Part shown: positions 55,753-64,000 of the stretch, in pieces
How the letters are laid out: every line of letters begins with the position of its first letter
How positions within the stretch are numbered: the first letter of the stretch is position 1
NCBI GenBank assembly: GCA_032470195.1
Contig: JAVHYX010000002.1
Location: 263,625-327,624, forward strand
Source of the DNA: Burkholderia sp.
GTDB taxonomy: Bacteria > Pseudomonadota > Gammaproteobacteria > Burkholderiales > Burkholderiaceae
DNA: 64,000 nt
Reading direction: 5' to 3'
Position numbers and translations under genes: made by a program
Notes under the pieces: model-generated
The model's input: the letters and a program-made list of their open reading frames with translations, nothing else
What the model was told of the DNA's origin: nothing
Database searches by the model: none

Positions 55753-58008
55753 CTAGTATGGTATTTCAATCACACTTATATACTTTCGAATAAGTAAAGA
55801 TGATGAAAGCATTTGTTTACATTGGTAAGCAATCTCCTTTATATCAGATATAAGAATTGTCATACTATCTGCTTCCGATTCTGACTCAACTACCATCATC
55901 TCGAGGTCACGGATAAGTATTTTTGTTATCTCGAGATGATCGGTAGATGGCGGCTCTCTTATCTCTGCCTTTTTAAGATTTTCAAGTACTGCTTCAAGTA
56001 CTCGCTGTAATGCATTAGGTTGTTGATCTTGATAATATAAACTTCGAATCAATGGTGCGATAGCTGTAATCTGTGAACTAAGAAGATGAGCCTGTATAAG
56101 TAAATTATTGAGTTCTGCAACATATCGCTGGTGTACCTTCGGCTCGAGCATCATACGCTGGAAAGCTTGTCCAAGATTTGCAAATGTAATATGTACTTTC
56201 CTTCGTGCAAGACGATACTGATAATCACTTCTGATTAGTGGGCGTCCTATTGCGATAAAGAGAGAGTTTGATTTAGAGTTATCATGTATAGTGTGCGAAC
56301 AAGCTATAGTTTCAAAATATTTACGCATAGCAGTGAGCATATTAGTAATATGTTTGCCAATCATCCTATACTCCCACAAGTATGGAAGTAACCGGCTTGC
56401 TACAATTGAAATAATACAACCAATAATGGTATCGATTGCACGCTCACCAATGAAACGTAGATTTCCTGGTGCGAGAAGATAAAACATTAGTAATACATAT
56501 GACGAAGTGAAAACAACACTAACTCCATAACTAAAAAGAAGTAAGCTATAACTCATCACCATCGATGCAAACATAATTGCAATTAGCATATATGTATTTT
56601 TGATCATATAAATTAATACTGTACTAATTACACAACCAAGTAGCGTACCAATAATTCGCTGTGTATTGCGTTGTTTTGTTAATGAGTAGTTTGGTTTTAG
56701 TATGACTATGCTTGTTATTACTATCCAATAGGCATTTGTGAGTGGAAGCAAGTACCCAAACCAGAAACCAACAGCAACCGAGATTGTCACGCGTAATGCA
56801 TGACGGAAACTCGGTGAGTCCACGTTTAGATTAGAGAAAATTAGAAATGGTGATATATTTCGATGTTGCAGGAAGCGTCCAAGCATTTTATCTATTTTTG
56901 GATCTATTTTAGGATCTAGCGTTCTGTTTCCAGCTAGATTTTGGTGTATTCTTTCGATTAGTCGTATTGCACTCCACATCCGACGGAATGTCGAAAGTAC
57001 AGATGCATATGCTTCAAAATGAATTTTCTGAAAGTTTTTCTTACGCATTAATTCTATTTCATATTCAATAGCTCGTAATTCAGCTTTCATACCTACTGCC
57101 TGATTTGGTATACGGTTCTCAAGAACAGCAAGGCCAGTTTCTTCAAGATCAATTGCAGCTTTACGAAGGAGATCTCGATAGAAGATCATCAAATCCGAGT
57201 TACCAAATGTGTCACGAAGAAGGGCATAATTAATATGCATACTGAAGAAAAGGTCATGCAAATCAACGGTGTTAGTAAATAGATTAAATATTGCTTTTCG
57301 ATCTGAATTAAGCTTACCATTACGAAGTTTTGGTAGGTTGCGTAATATAATATCGCGAGCGGCCTCTTGTGTTTCTACTGCCTTAATTTGTTTTGCAATG
57401 AGATTACGATAGCACTCATCAATCTCTAAATCAGAATCATAAAATGCCGCACGTGAACATAAATAATTAGCGCATGAGAATAAGCTTTCTGCAAGTGTTT
57501 GCTTTTCAATCCGATACGCTTTCCAACGTACTACTATAGTGGCCCAGTATGTATACCAGAGCCCACCAGAGAGCATCCATAATGCATTGACAAGCGCTTT
57601 TATCGGGGTTAGCTTTTCTTCAAGCGTCATCGTCATCATGAAAAGCGCTGCAAAACTGATCTGTGTCCAATGGTTACCGTAGACTACAATTAGTGAAAGC
57701 ATAAACGTAACTGGAACAATCGTTAGCCACAGTACAAACATTTTCGATGTCGCTAGCCCAGTTACTAAAACTGCCAAAAAACCTATTATACTGCACGAAA
57801 GCATTTCGTTATGCTTATGTTTAATTGGTCCTGGCATATCAACAGCACATGCCCCTAGTGCCCCTGTAGAGATTGTGAACCCAAGATCTCTATCGTGTAA
57901 GACAATTAGGCTTAATATCGCCGGAAGCGATACACCAACTGCAATACGTAGTCCGCCAAAAAAGTATTGGCCATAAAGAAATTTCCTTATTTCAATGAAA
58001 TAGCTCAT
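55753..58008 (-). CDS. YccS/YhfK (FUSC-like) integral membrane protein
   Basis: N-terminal membrane block, helical linker and a second block with FRHALR, YWIVITSIVILKP and QRIIGTLLG. Confidence 0.9.
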   Translation of the reverse strand: MSYFIEIRKFLYGQYFFGGLRIAVGVSLPAILSLIVLHDRDLGFTISTGALGACAVDMPGPIKHKHNEMLSCSIIGFLAVLVTGLATSKMFVLWLTIVPVTFMLSLIVVYGNHWTQISFAALFMMTMTLEEKLTPIKALVNALWMLSGGLWYTYWATIVVRWKAYRIEKQTLAESLFSCANYLCSRAAFYDSDLEIDECYRNLIAKQIKAVETQEAARDIILRNLPKLRNGKLNSDRKAIFNLFTNTVDLHDLFFSMHINYALLRDTFGNSDLMIFYRDLLRKAAIDLEETGLAVLENRIPNQAVGMKAELRAIEYEIELMRKKNFQKIHFEAYASVLSTFRRMWSAIRLIERIHQNLAGNRTLDPKIDPKIDKMLGRFLQHRNISPFLIFSNLNVDSPSFRHALRVTISVAVGFWFGYLLPLTNAYWIVITSIVILKPNYSLTKQRNTQRIIGTLLGCVISTVLIYMIKNTYMLIAIMFASMVMSYSLLLFSYGVSVVFTSSYVLLMFYLLAPGNLRFIGERAIDTIIGCIISIVASRLLPYLWEYRMIGKHITNMLTAMRKYFETIACSHTIHDNSKSNSLFIAIGRPLIRSDYQYRLARRKVHITFANLGQAFQRMMLEPKVHQRYVAELNNLLIQAHLLSSQITAIAPLIRSLYYQDQQPNALQRVLEAVLENLKKAEIREPPSTDHLEITKILIRDLEMMVVESESEADSMTILISDIKEIAYQCKQMLSSSLLIRKYISVIEIPY

Positions 58009-58187
58009 TAACAGACTAAATGTGAAATTGTGTGTGAAGTTATACTCATTTTACATAAATAAATGTTCTGATAATCATAGAAATGAATCTATCCTATTTC
58101 GCATAGATTACGCTTTATTTTAAAAAGATTTTTCTATTTTCTTGCCATTTAGATGTTGATAACACACATTACTCTCTAACTATATTT

Positions 58188-61100
58188 ATGCTTCATCTCT
58201 TTCAATCGAACCATTACGAAACACTTACAGAGGCGCTGCTTGATGATATTGAAACTTCTCAAGAGAAAGATGAATTATGGATTCCATGGCAGATTATTGT
58301 ACCCAATAGCGCGGTACGGAGACGGCTCGAACTTGATCTCGCTTCTCGACACGATATATGTATTAATATCGAGTTCGCATATCTTGAGCAGTGGCTATGG
58401 AATCAGATCAATCGTATATACAAAGATGTGCCTCAATATTCGCCATTCACGCCGGATCGGCTTGTCTGGCGCTGTTATCGTTTACTATGCGATGCAGTAG
58501 ATTTTAATGACATAAAGCATAAAAAATGTAACTTACAAAGTAATACTCCTTGGTTTGCCTCACCACGTCTTACTAAATATCTGTTGTCGTCTAATGACAC
58601 GATGCGCTACGAACTTGCACGCCGTATCGCAAACGTTATGAATCATTACTTAAATTATCGTCCGGAATGGCTTTCCACATGGCAGACTGGGGAGTCTATT
58701 TTAAGAAACGATATAACAAAAATATTAGAGTCAGTATTCGATGATGAAAAGTGGCAGTCTTCGCTATGGCGAGCTATTACAGGAGAAGTTGTTGGAGAAA
58801 AGATGCTACCTGTACATAATTTTCTCCTTGGAGGTTATGACTCTAGTTTAGAAACTATAGCACGCATGTGTTTGCCGACATCGGTTAGCATATTCACGCT
58901 ACCCATTATTACTCCACTGCATGCTTCATTACTACACAAGCTTTCGATTTGGATTGATGTTCGAATTTACTCGCTAAATCCATGCAAAAAATTATGGTTT
59001 TATGTCAAGAATGAAGAAATTCAAGTAGAAATTCAGAGAATCTATCAGCATCCTTTTCTTACTGAATGGGGCAAACAGATAGGGGCAAGGTTACATGTGT
59101 TAAATAAACTAACACAAAGTGTTTCATCAAGTAAGACAGCGAATTTTGTTGAGAATAACCTGTCTACATATCTTGCGTACATCCAGAATACGATTCTTAA
59201 TCCACAATATAAACTAATTTTTAGCGGTGAGACTCTAAATACTCATGGAATTGAAGTACACGTATGTCATAGCCTTACTCGACAACTTGAAGTACTACAT
59301 AATAGGCTACTTAAATTGTTAAACGAAGATAATAGTCTGAAACTATCAGACGTTCTTATCGTGATTCCAAATATTTCAATAGCAGAACCGTTGATTAATT
59401 CGGTATTCGGTATGTCCGATTTAGAAAGGACTGTTCATATTCCGTATAAAATCACCGGTTTGAGGGCGTCACATACAAATTTAATTATACGTGTTATTCT
59501 CGATTGGCTTACGCTTCCAGATAGACAGATTAGTGCATTAGAGCTCATAGAATGGTTACGCATCGACGAGATAGCTACCTGCTATAAAATTGATGAAGTT
59601 GATCTTAAAGTTATTGAGAGATGGCTTTCAAAGGCTGGAGGAAAACGAGGTCTATCAAATAGATGTCATAGTAATACAGACGTTAATAATATACCGCGTC
59701 ATACATTTTCTGATGCTCTTAAAAGGCTTTTTCTTGGTTATGCTATGCAAGATGGCACAGGACCAATCGGTATTTATCTGCCAATCAATACATTTGAAGG
59801 AAGCGAATCCGAGCTACTTGGGCGGCTTACCTGTTTCATAGACAATCTCGATAGTTTTTCATGCCTAATTGCACAAGATCACACGCCAAAGGAATGGAAT
59901 AATATACTTTCTAATATGCTTTCCTGTTTCTTTAATTTTAGTTCAGCATATTCAGATACACTGAATAATATACGCGATACTTTAAGCGCTATGTTCGACG
60001 CGATGATTGAATCAGCAGCTGATAAATCAATTTCTGCTCCTGTTGTTCGGGCTGGGTTGATCTCTGAATTTGATAGGTCTATACCAGGAGGTGTGCCACA
60101 CGGCTGTGTTACGTTTTCATCTATGGCAAGCTTACGTGGTTTAGCGTATCGAGTAATTTGTCTTCTAGACATGGATGATGGTGCGTTATCATGCTATTTT
60201 AAACGAATGGATGAATTTGATTTAATTACTATACTGCCAAAGTTAGGCGATAGCCAGCGTCAAGATGATTCACGAAGTCTATTTCTTGATTTTCTACTTG
60301 CCGCACGTGATAGCCTGTTTATTTTCTATACTGGTCGTAGTATTAATGACAATTCACCGTTGCCGCCGTCCATAGTTGTAGAAGAACTACTAGACTATCT
60401 CGCAGACATTTCGGCCGGTCTTAATGCATCAGGAGATATGCTTAATACAGCGCGGCGTTCATTCATTATTGAGCATCCATTGCAGTCTTTTTCGCCATCA
60501 TATTTCGAAGAGACTGACCAACTTTTTTCTTACAATACCGAGCATGCGTCGATTGCGACACTGCTAATCAGTAATGAAGAGTCAGATTGTACAAGTAATG
60601 ACATTACACCGTTTTTCTCGCAGCCGTTACCTCGTGAGTCTGTAGAGCCAATTTCATTTATCGATTTTGACCTGTTCTGGCGATATCCTACCCGCGCATT
60701 ACTACGCGATCGACTCGGTATTGTTCTAGCTGATATGCAGTCAAAGCAACTTGACAACGAACCGTTTGAACTTGACTATGCGGGAAGCTATGTTCTTGCT
60801 GATCGTATTCTCCCAATTCTAATTAAATCTGGCGAAACATCGGCAATCAATCATGCGCGTCGTATTATAAACGCGAGCCATGAATTACCGGCAGGTGCTA
60901 CGGGTAAGGCATGGCGTGATCGGGTGTTCTGTACACTAATGCAACTTGCTGAAAAAGTACGGCATGCGCTATCTGATGGTGAGGTATGCTTGCCATTTGA
61001 GTTAGAAATATTTACAAAATGGCCACATGTCAGCTGTCCACTATTCTGCAGTGATAACACAGTACTTGCTCGCGATGCGACAGCCGAACCGCTTTTATTA

Positions 61101-61565
61101 TACGGTACGATAAACCGATTAACGCCGTCTGGGCAGGTTATCTATCGCTACGCACGACCAGGAGCTCGGGACTATATATCAGCTTGGCTTATACATCTTG
61201 TTTATTGTGCAATATTACCAGACGGACCACGCCGTACATTATGGTTCGGTAGCAATAATAGTGCATTTGAGTTTATAGAAGTTGAGTCACCATTACGATA
61301 TCTATCATCACTTACTGCGTTGTTCAGAGCAGGCCGACGTATGCCACTACCTTTTTTCCCTCATAGCGCATGGTCTTGGATTAAAAGTAGTAAAACTAGA
61401 TCAGCTAATTTTTTAATTAACGACCGACTTGCTAGTGAATCAAGAGATCCGGAATTCGAGACCGCTTGGCGTGGTATAGACTTGTCATCGCTTAACGAGT
61501 CATTTTATGCTCTTGCGCGAGTCATGTTCGATCCGATTATTGAACATCTATTAGAAGTAAAATAA
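58188..61565 (+). CDS. recC: Exodeoxyribonuclease V gamma subunit
   Basis: Motifs LFQSNHYETL, HVCHSLTRQLEVLH, LRGLAYRVICLL, LLAARDSL and HPLQSF. Confidence 0.96.
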   Translation: MLHLFQSNHYETLTEALLDDIETSQEKDELWIPWQIIVPNSAVRRRLELDLASRHDICINIEFAYLEQWLWNQINRIYKDVPQYSPFTPDRLVWRCYRLLCDAVDFNDIKHKKCNLQSNTPWFASPRLTKYLLSSNDTMRYELARRIANVMNHYLNYRPEWLSTWQTGESILRNDITKILESVFDDEKWQSSLWRAITGEVVGEKMLPVHNFLLGGYDSSLETIARMCLPTSVSIFTLPIITPLHASLLHKLSIWIDVRIYSLNPCKKLWFYVKNEEIQVEIQRIYQHPFLTEWGKQIGARLHVLNKLTQSVSSSKTANFVENNLSTYLAYIQNTILNPQYKLIFSGETLNTHGIEVHVCHSLTRQLEVLHNRLLKLLNEDNSLKLSDVLIVIPNISIAEPLINSVFGMSDLERTVHIPYKITGLRASHTNLIIRVILDWLTLPDRQISALELIEWLRIDEIATCYKIDEVDLKVIERWLSKAGGKRGLSNRCHSNTDVNNIPRHTFSDALKRLFLGYAMQDGTGPIGIYLPINTFEGSESELLGRLTCFIDNLDSFSCLIAQDHTPKEWNNILSNMLSCFFNFSSAYSDTLNNIRDTLSAMFDAMIESAADKSISAPVVRAGLISEFDRSIPGGVPHGCVTFSSMASLRGLAYRVICLLDMDDGALSCYFKRMDEFDLITILPKLGDSQRQDDSRSLFLDFLLAARDSLFIFYTGRSINDNSPLPPSIVVEELLDYLADISAGLNASGDMLNTARRSFIIEHPLQSFSPSYFEETDQLFSYNTEHASIATLLISNEESDCTSNDITPFFSQPLPRESVEPISFIDFDLFWRYPTRALLRDRLGIVLADMQSKQLDNEPFELDYAGSYVLADRILPILIKSGETSAINHARRIINASHELPAGATGKAWRDRVFCTLMQLAEKVRHALSDGEVCLPFELEIFTKWPHVSCPLFCSDNTVLARDATAEPLLLYGTINRLTPSGQVIYRYARPGARDYISAWLIHLVYCAILPDGPRRTLWFGSNNSAFEFIEVESPLRYLSSLTALFRAGRRMPLPFFPHSAWSWIKSSKTRSANFLINDRLASESRDPEFETAWRGIDLSSLNESFYALARVMFDPIIEHLLEVK

Positions 61566-61577
61566 TACTCTCATATC

Positions 61578-64000
61578 ATGGCATTACAATCCTTTGCTGA
61601 GCTAGATGTATTTCGATGCGCGCTAGACGGTATAGGTCATATCGAGGCATCAGCAGGAACTGGTAAGACATGGAGCATCTGCGCGCTATATATTCGATTT
61701 CTACTGGAGAAAGATCTTTCCACTGATAAAATTTTAGTTGTAACATTCACAAAAGCAGCTGCATCTGAATTATACAATCGGATTCGTGAAAAACTCGTAC
61801 AGCTTGAACACACGTTTAAAGCTCGAGATACCGCGAGTGATCCATTTATTATATACCTGCTCAATATAATCCTTGATCCAACCTCTAAAATCAGTTTAGA
61901 GATGGCGAAGAAGCGAATTAATCGTGCGCTACGGACATTCGATCATGCACAGATTTACACGATCCATACATTTTGTCATCGCACATTACAACATGCTCCA
62001 TTCTCTTCTGGAGCACCTTTCTCTTTTAATATAGTAAATAACGATTCAACACTGAGATTTGATTTAGCATCTGATTTCTGGCATAGGCGTGTTGAGCCTG
62101 TGGCAAATCAAGAGCCTGAATTTGCCACGTGGCTTATTAAGTCTGGTATAGGACCATCTACGCTTGATGAGCAACTTACACGTTGGCTTAAAACCCAGTT
62201 ATCTTCTATACCTTACCGATTAAGTGAAATTTCTAAGATAGATAATAATGAAGAAATGATAGTGACGCGATGTTTCGTTGTTGCGGCACAGCTCTGGTCG
62301 ATCGAATATAATAATATTGAGACACTTTTAAAAAGCATACAACCTATACTGAATCATCGCTCACATAATCCAGAAGCTATATTCGATGCGCTATCCGCAT
62401 GGAACTCGTATTTTGCACGATCTAATATAGATATAAAAGAACTGCCAAAGGCTGCATTGAAATTGACACGAACAGCACTTGTGAAAGCAACAAAGAAAGG
62501 TAGTTTTGTACCAAAACACCCATTCTTCGATCTAGCTGAATCGCTAGAGGTAGCGCTTATAAATGCAGAAGTTACACAGCGTAAGCGTTGGATCATTCTT
62601 GTCACTGAATGGCTCAATGAAGCACCGAATATGCTCGCGTTACGGAAGCGTACACAGGGTTTATTGACATTCGATGATCTACTTATACATCTTTATGATG
62701 TACTGCAAAAGCAATCATCTCTCAGAGAGATACTACGCACACGTTATCGTGCTACGTTAATTGATGAATTTCAAGATATTGATTCTCTACAATTTAAGAT
62801 TTTCGATCAGATTTTTATACAAGCTGGTGGGCCGCTTTTTTTTGTTGGAGATCCGAAGCAAGCAATATATAGTTTTCGTGGAGCAGATTTACATCCTTAT
62901 TTTGCATTCTATTCACGTGCAAGTGCTTGCTACAAGCTTTCGATAAACTACCGTTCTATTCCGACAATTGCTGAGGCATGTAATCGATTCTTTGGATCAA
63001 ATACTCAAGCATTCGTATTAGATAAACTTCACTATCACCATATACGTGCTAGCTGTCATAAACATCGACAGCTTATCGATGAAACTGATGATACTTCGCA
63101 TACAGGAGATTTTAGAATCTGGATGCTACCTGACGGTGACAGGACACTATATAAGCGAGATGCTCAGTGGTACGCTGCACAGGCCTGTGCATCAGAGATA
63201 AAAAGATTAATTCAAGGAGCCCACGATGGTCGTGTGCGACTTGGCGAGACAAAGTTATTGCCGAAAGATATTGTTGTACTCGTGCAGACTCATCGTCAAG
63301 GTCGTCTTATGAAGAGAGCGCTCACCATGTGGAGAATTAGCAGCACTGAGTTTACACAGGCATCTGTATTCTCAACAATAGATGCACAGAATTTCGAGCG
63401 TGTCCTCGCTGCTATTGACTCACCTAACGATTTATTACGTCTTCGATCAGCACTTTCAATTGATTGGCTTAATCTCAATGCTGCAAATCTATGGCAGATT
63501 AATCAGAGTGTTGGAAAAGAGCAAGATATCTTATTATCTGGAAGAATATTATCATCAGATACAATGAGCATCTGGATTAAACGTTTTTCGCATTATCAGT
63601 TACTATGGAAAAAGATCGGGTTTTCAGCTATGTGGCACAGACTTTTTAACGAACTAAAAATAGCCGAATGCCTAATAAACATAGGGATAGATAGCGAACG
63701 CCGAATTACAGATATAAATCATCTCGCTGAGCTCATACAAATCCGTGCCTCTGAGCAACCAGGTATCTTATCGACGATCTGCTGGCTTACTGCACGGCGC
63801 ATGGATGGAGGAGGCGATGATGCTTATTTGAGACTTGCGTCCGATCGTAATTTAGTACAGATATTGACTATACATAAATCGAAGGGACTTGAATATGCAA
63901 TTATATTCTGTCCATTTCTAAGCGATGGAATGTTACGTGAACAGCATTCTACTTCTTTACTACAAGATATCTATACTCAAGATATTGTAAAACACACATC
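61578..64000 (+). CDS. recB: Exodeoxyribonuclease V beta subunit (3' partial, runs off window)
   Basis: Absent from the ORF track because it has no stop in the window. Motifs EASAGTGKT, VTFTKAA, IDEFQD, GDPKQAIYSFRGAD, NYRS and TIHKSKGLEY; the motifs checked are in frame with ATG 61578. Confidence 0.97.
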   Translation, partial: MALQSFAELDVFRCALDGIGHIEASAGTGKTWSICALYIRFLLEKDLSTDKILVVTFTKAAASELYNRIREKLVQLEHTFKARDTASDPFIIYLLNIILDPTSKISLEMAKKRINRALRTFDHAQIYTIHTFCHRTLQHAPFSSGAPFSFNIVNNDSTLRFDLASDFWHRRVEPVANQEPEFATWLIKSGIGPSTLDEQLTRWLKTQLSSIPYRLSEISKIDNNEEMIVTRCFVVAAQLWSIEYNNIETLLKSIQPILNHRSHNPEAIFDALSAWNSYFARSNIDIKELPKAALKLTRTALVKATKKGSFVPKHPFFDLAESLEVALINAEVTQRKRWIILVTEWLNEAPNMLALRKRTQGLLTFDDLLIHLYDVLQKQSSLREILRTRYRATLIDEFQDIDSLQFKIFDQIFIQAGGPLFFVGDPKQAIYSFRGADLHPYFAFYSRASACYKLSINYRSIPTIAEACNRFFGSNTQAFVLDKLHYHHIRASCHKHRQLIDETDDTSHTGDFRIWMLPDGDRTLYKRDAQWYAAQACASEIKRLIQGAHDGRVRLGETKLLPKDIVVLVQTHRQGRLMKRALTMWRISSTEFTQASVFSTIDAQNFERVLAAIDSPNDLLRLRSALSIDWLNLNAANLWQINQSVGKEQDILLSGRILSSDTMSIWIKRFSHYQLLWKKIGFSAMWHRLFNELKIAECLINIGIDSERRITDINHLAELIQIRASEQPGILSTICWLTARRMDGGGDDAYLRLASDRNLVQILTIHKSKGLEYAIIFCPFLSDGMLREQHSTSLLQDIYTQDIVKHT

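Noticed and set aside
62823-62830. E. coli Chi octamer GCTGGTGG inside recB
   Set aside because: Only one occurrence was noticed, which is compatible with chance, and the Chi sequence of this lineage is unknown.

Overview
A 64-kb stretch of an AT-rich, genome-eroded Burkholderiaceae chromosome, very likely an obligate endosymbiont derived from Burkholderia. This is an inference: the proteins match Burkholderia orthologs from recall, intergenic DNA is very AT-rich, and summed CDS lengths give about 79% coding. The profile fits the reduced Burkholderia symbionts known from scale insects, but the host cannot be read from sequence. The window holds 39 intact CDS (rpoC and recB run off the edges) and 4 tRNAs (His, Ser, Val, fMet). 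I recognised no transposase, prophage, CRISPR array, rRNA or transcription factor. Contents: housekeeping and chaperone/protease blocks (grpE-dnaK-dnaJ, tig-clpP-clpX-lon), amino-acid and vitamin genes (lysC, lysA, cysE, proC, ribA), a respiratory module (cyoABCD, ubiA, hemH, dsbB), transport and envelope genes (porin, MFS, TauE, Zn/Mn ABC, YccS, MurA paralog) and recC-recB. By-eye translation of the long spacers reveals decayed genes not in the ORF track: lpxH and msbA (clear); gluQ, trhO, rhlE and yggS (fainter). Most notable observations: (1) an apparently lipid A-free outer membrane that still keeps a porin; (2) an intact SuhB whose catalytic motif is changed from DPLDGT to DPINGI, a likely natural pseudoenzyme; (3) substitutions in the allosteric ACT loops of aspartate kinase; (4) loss of local regulators while their targets are kept; (5) retention of secondary paralogs and poorly understood genes (enterobacterial-type LysA, MurA2, a C26 glutamine amidotransferase). 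I found no clearly novel multi-gene system. Comparisons to free-living Burkholderia sequences and gene order are from memory and need alignment to confirm.
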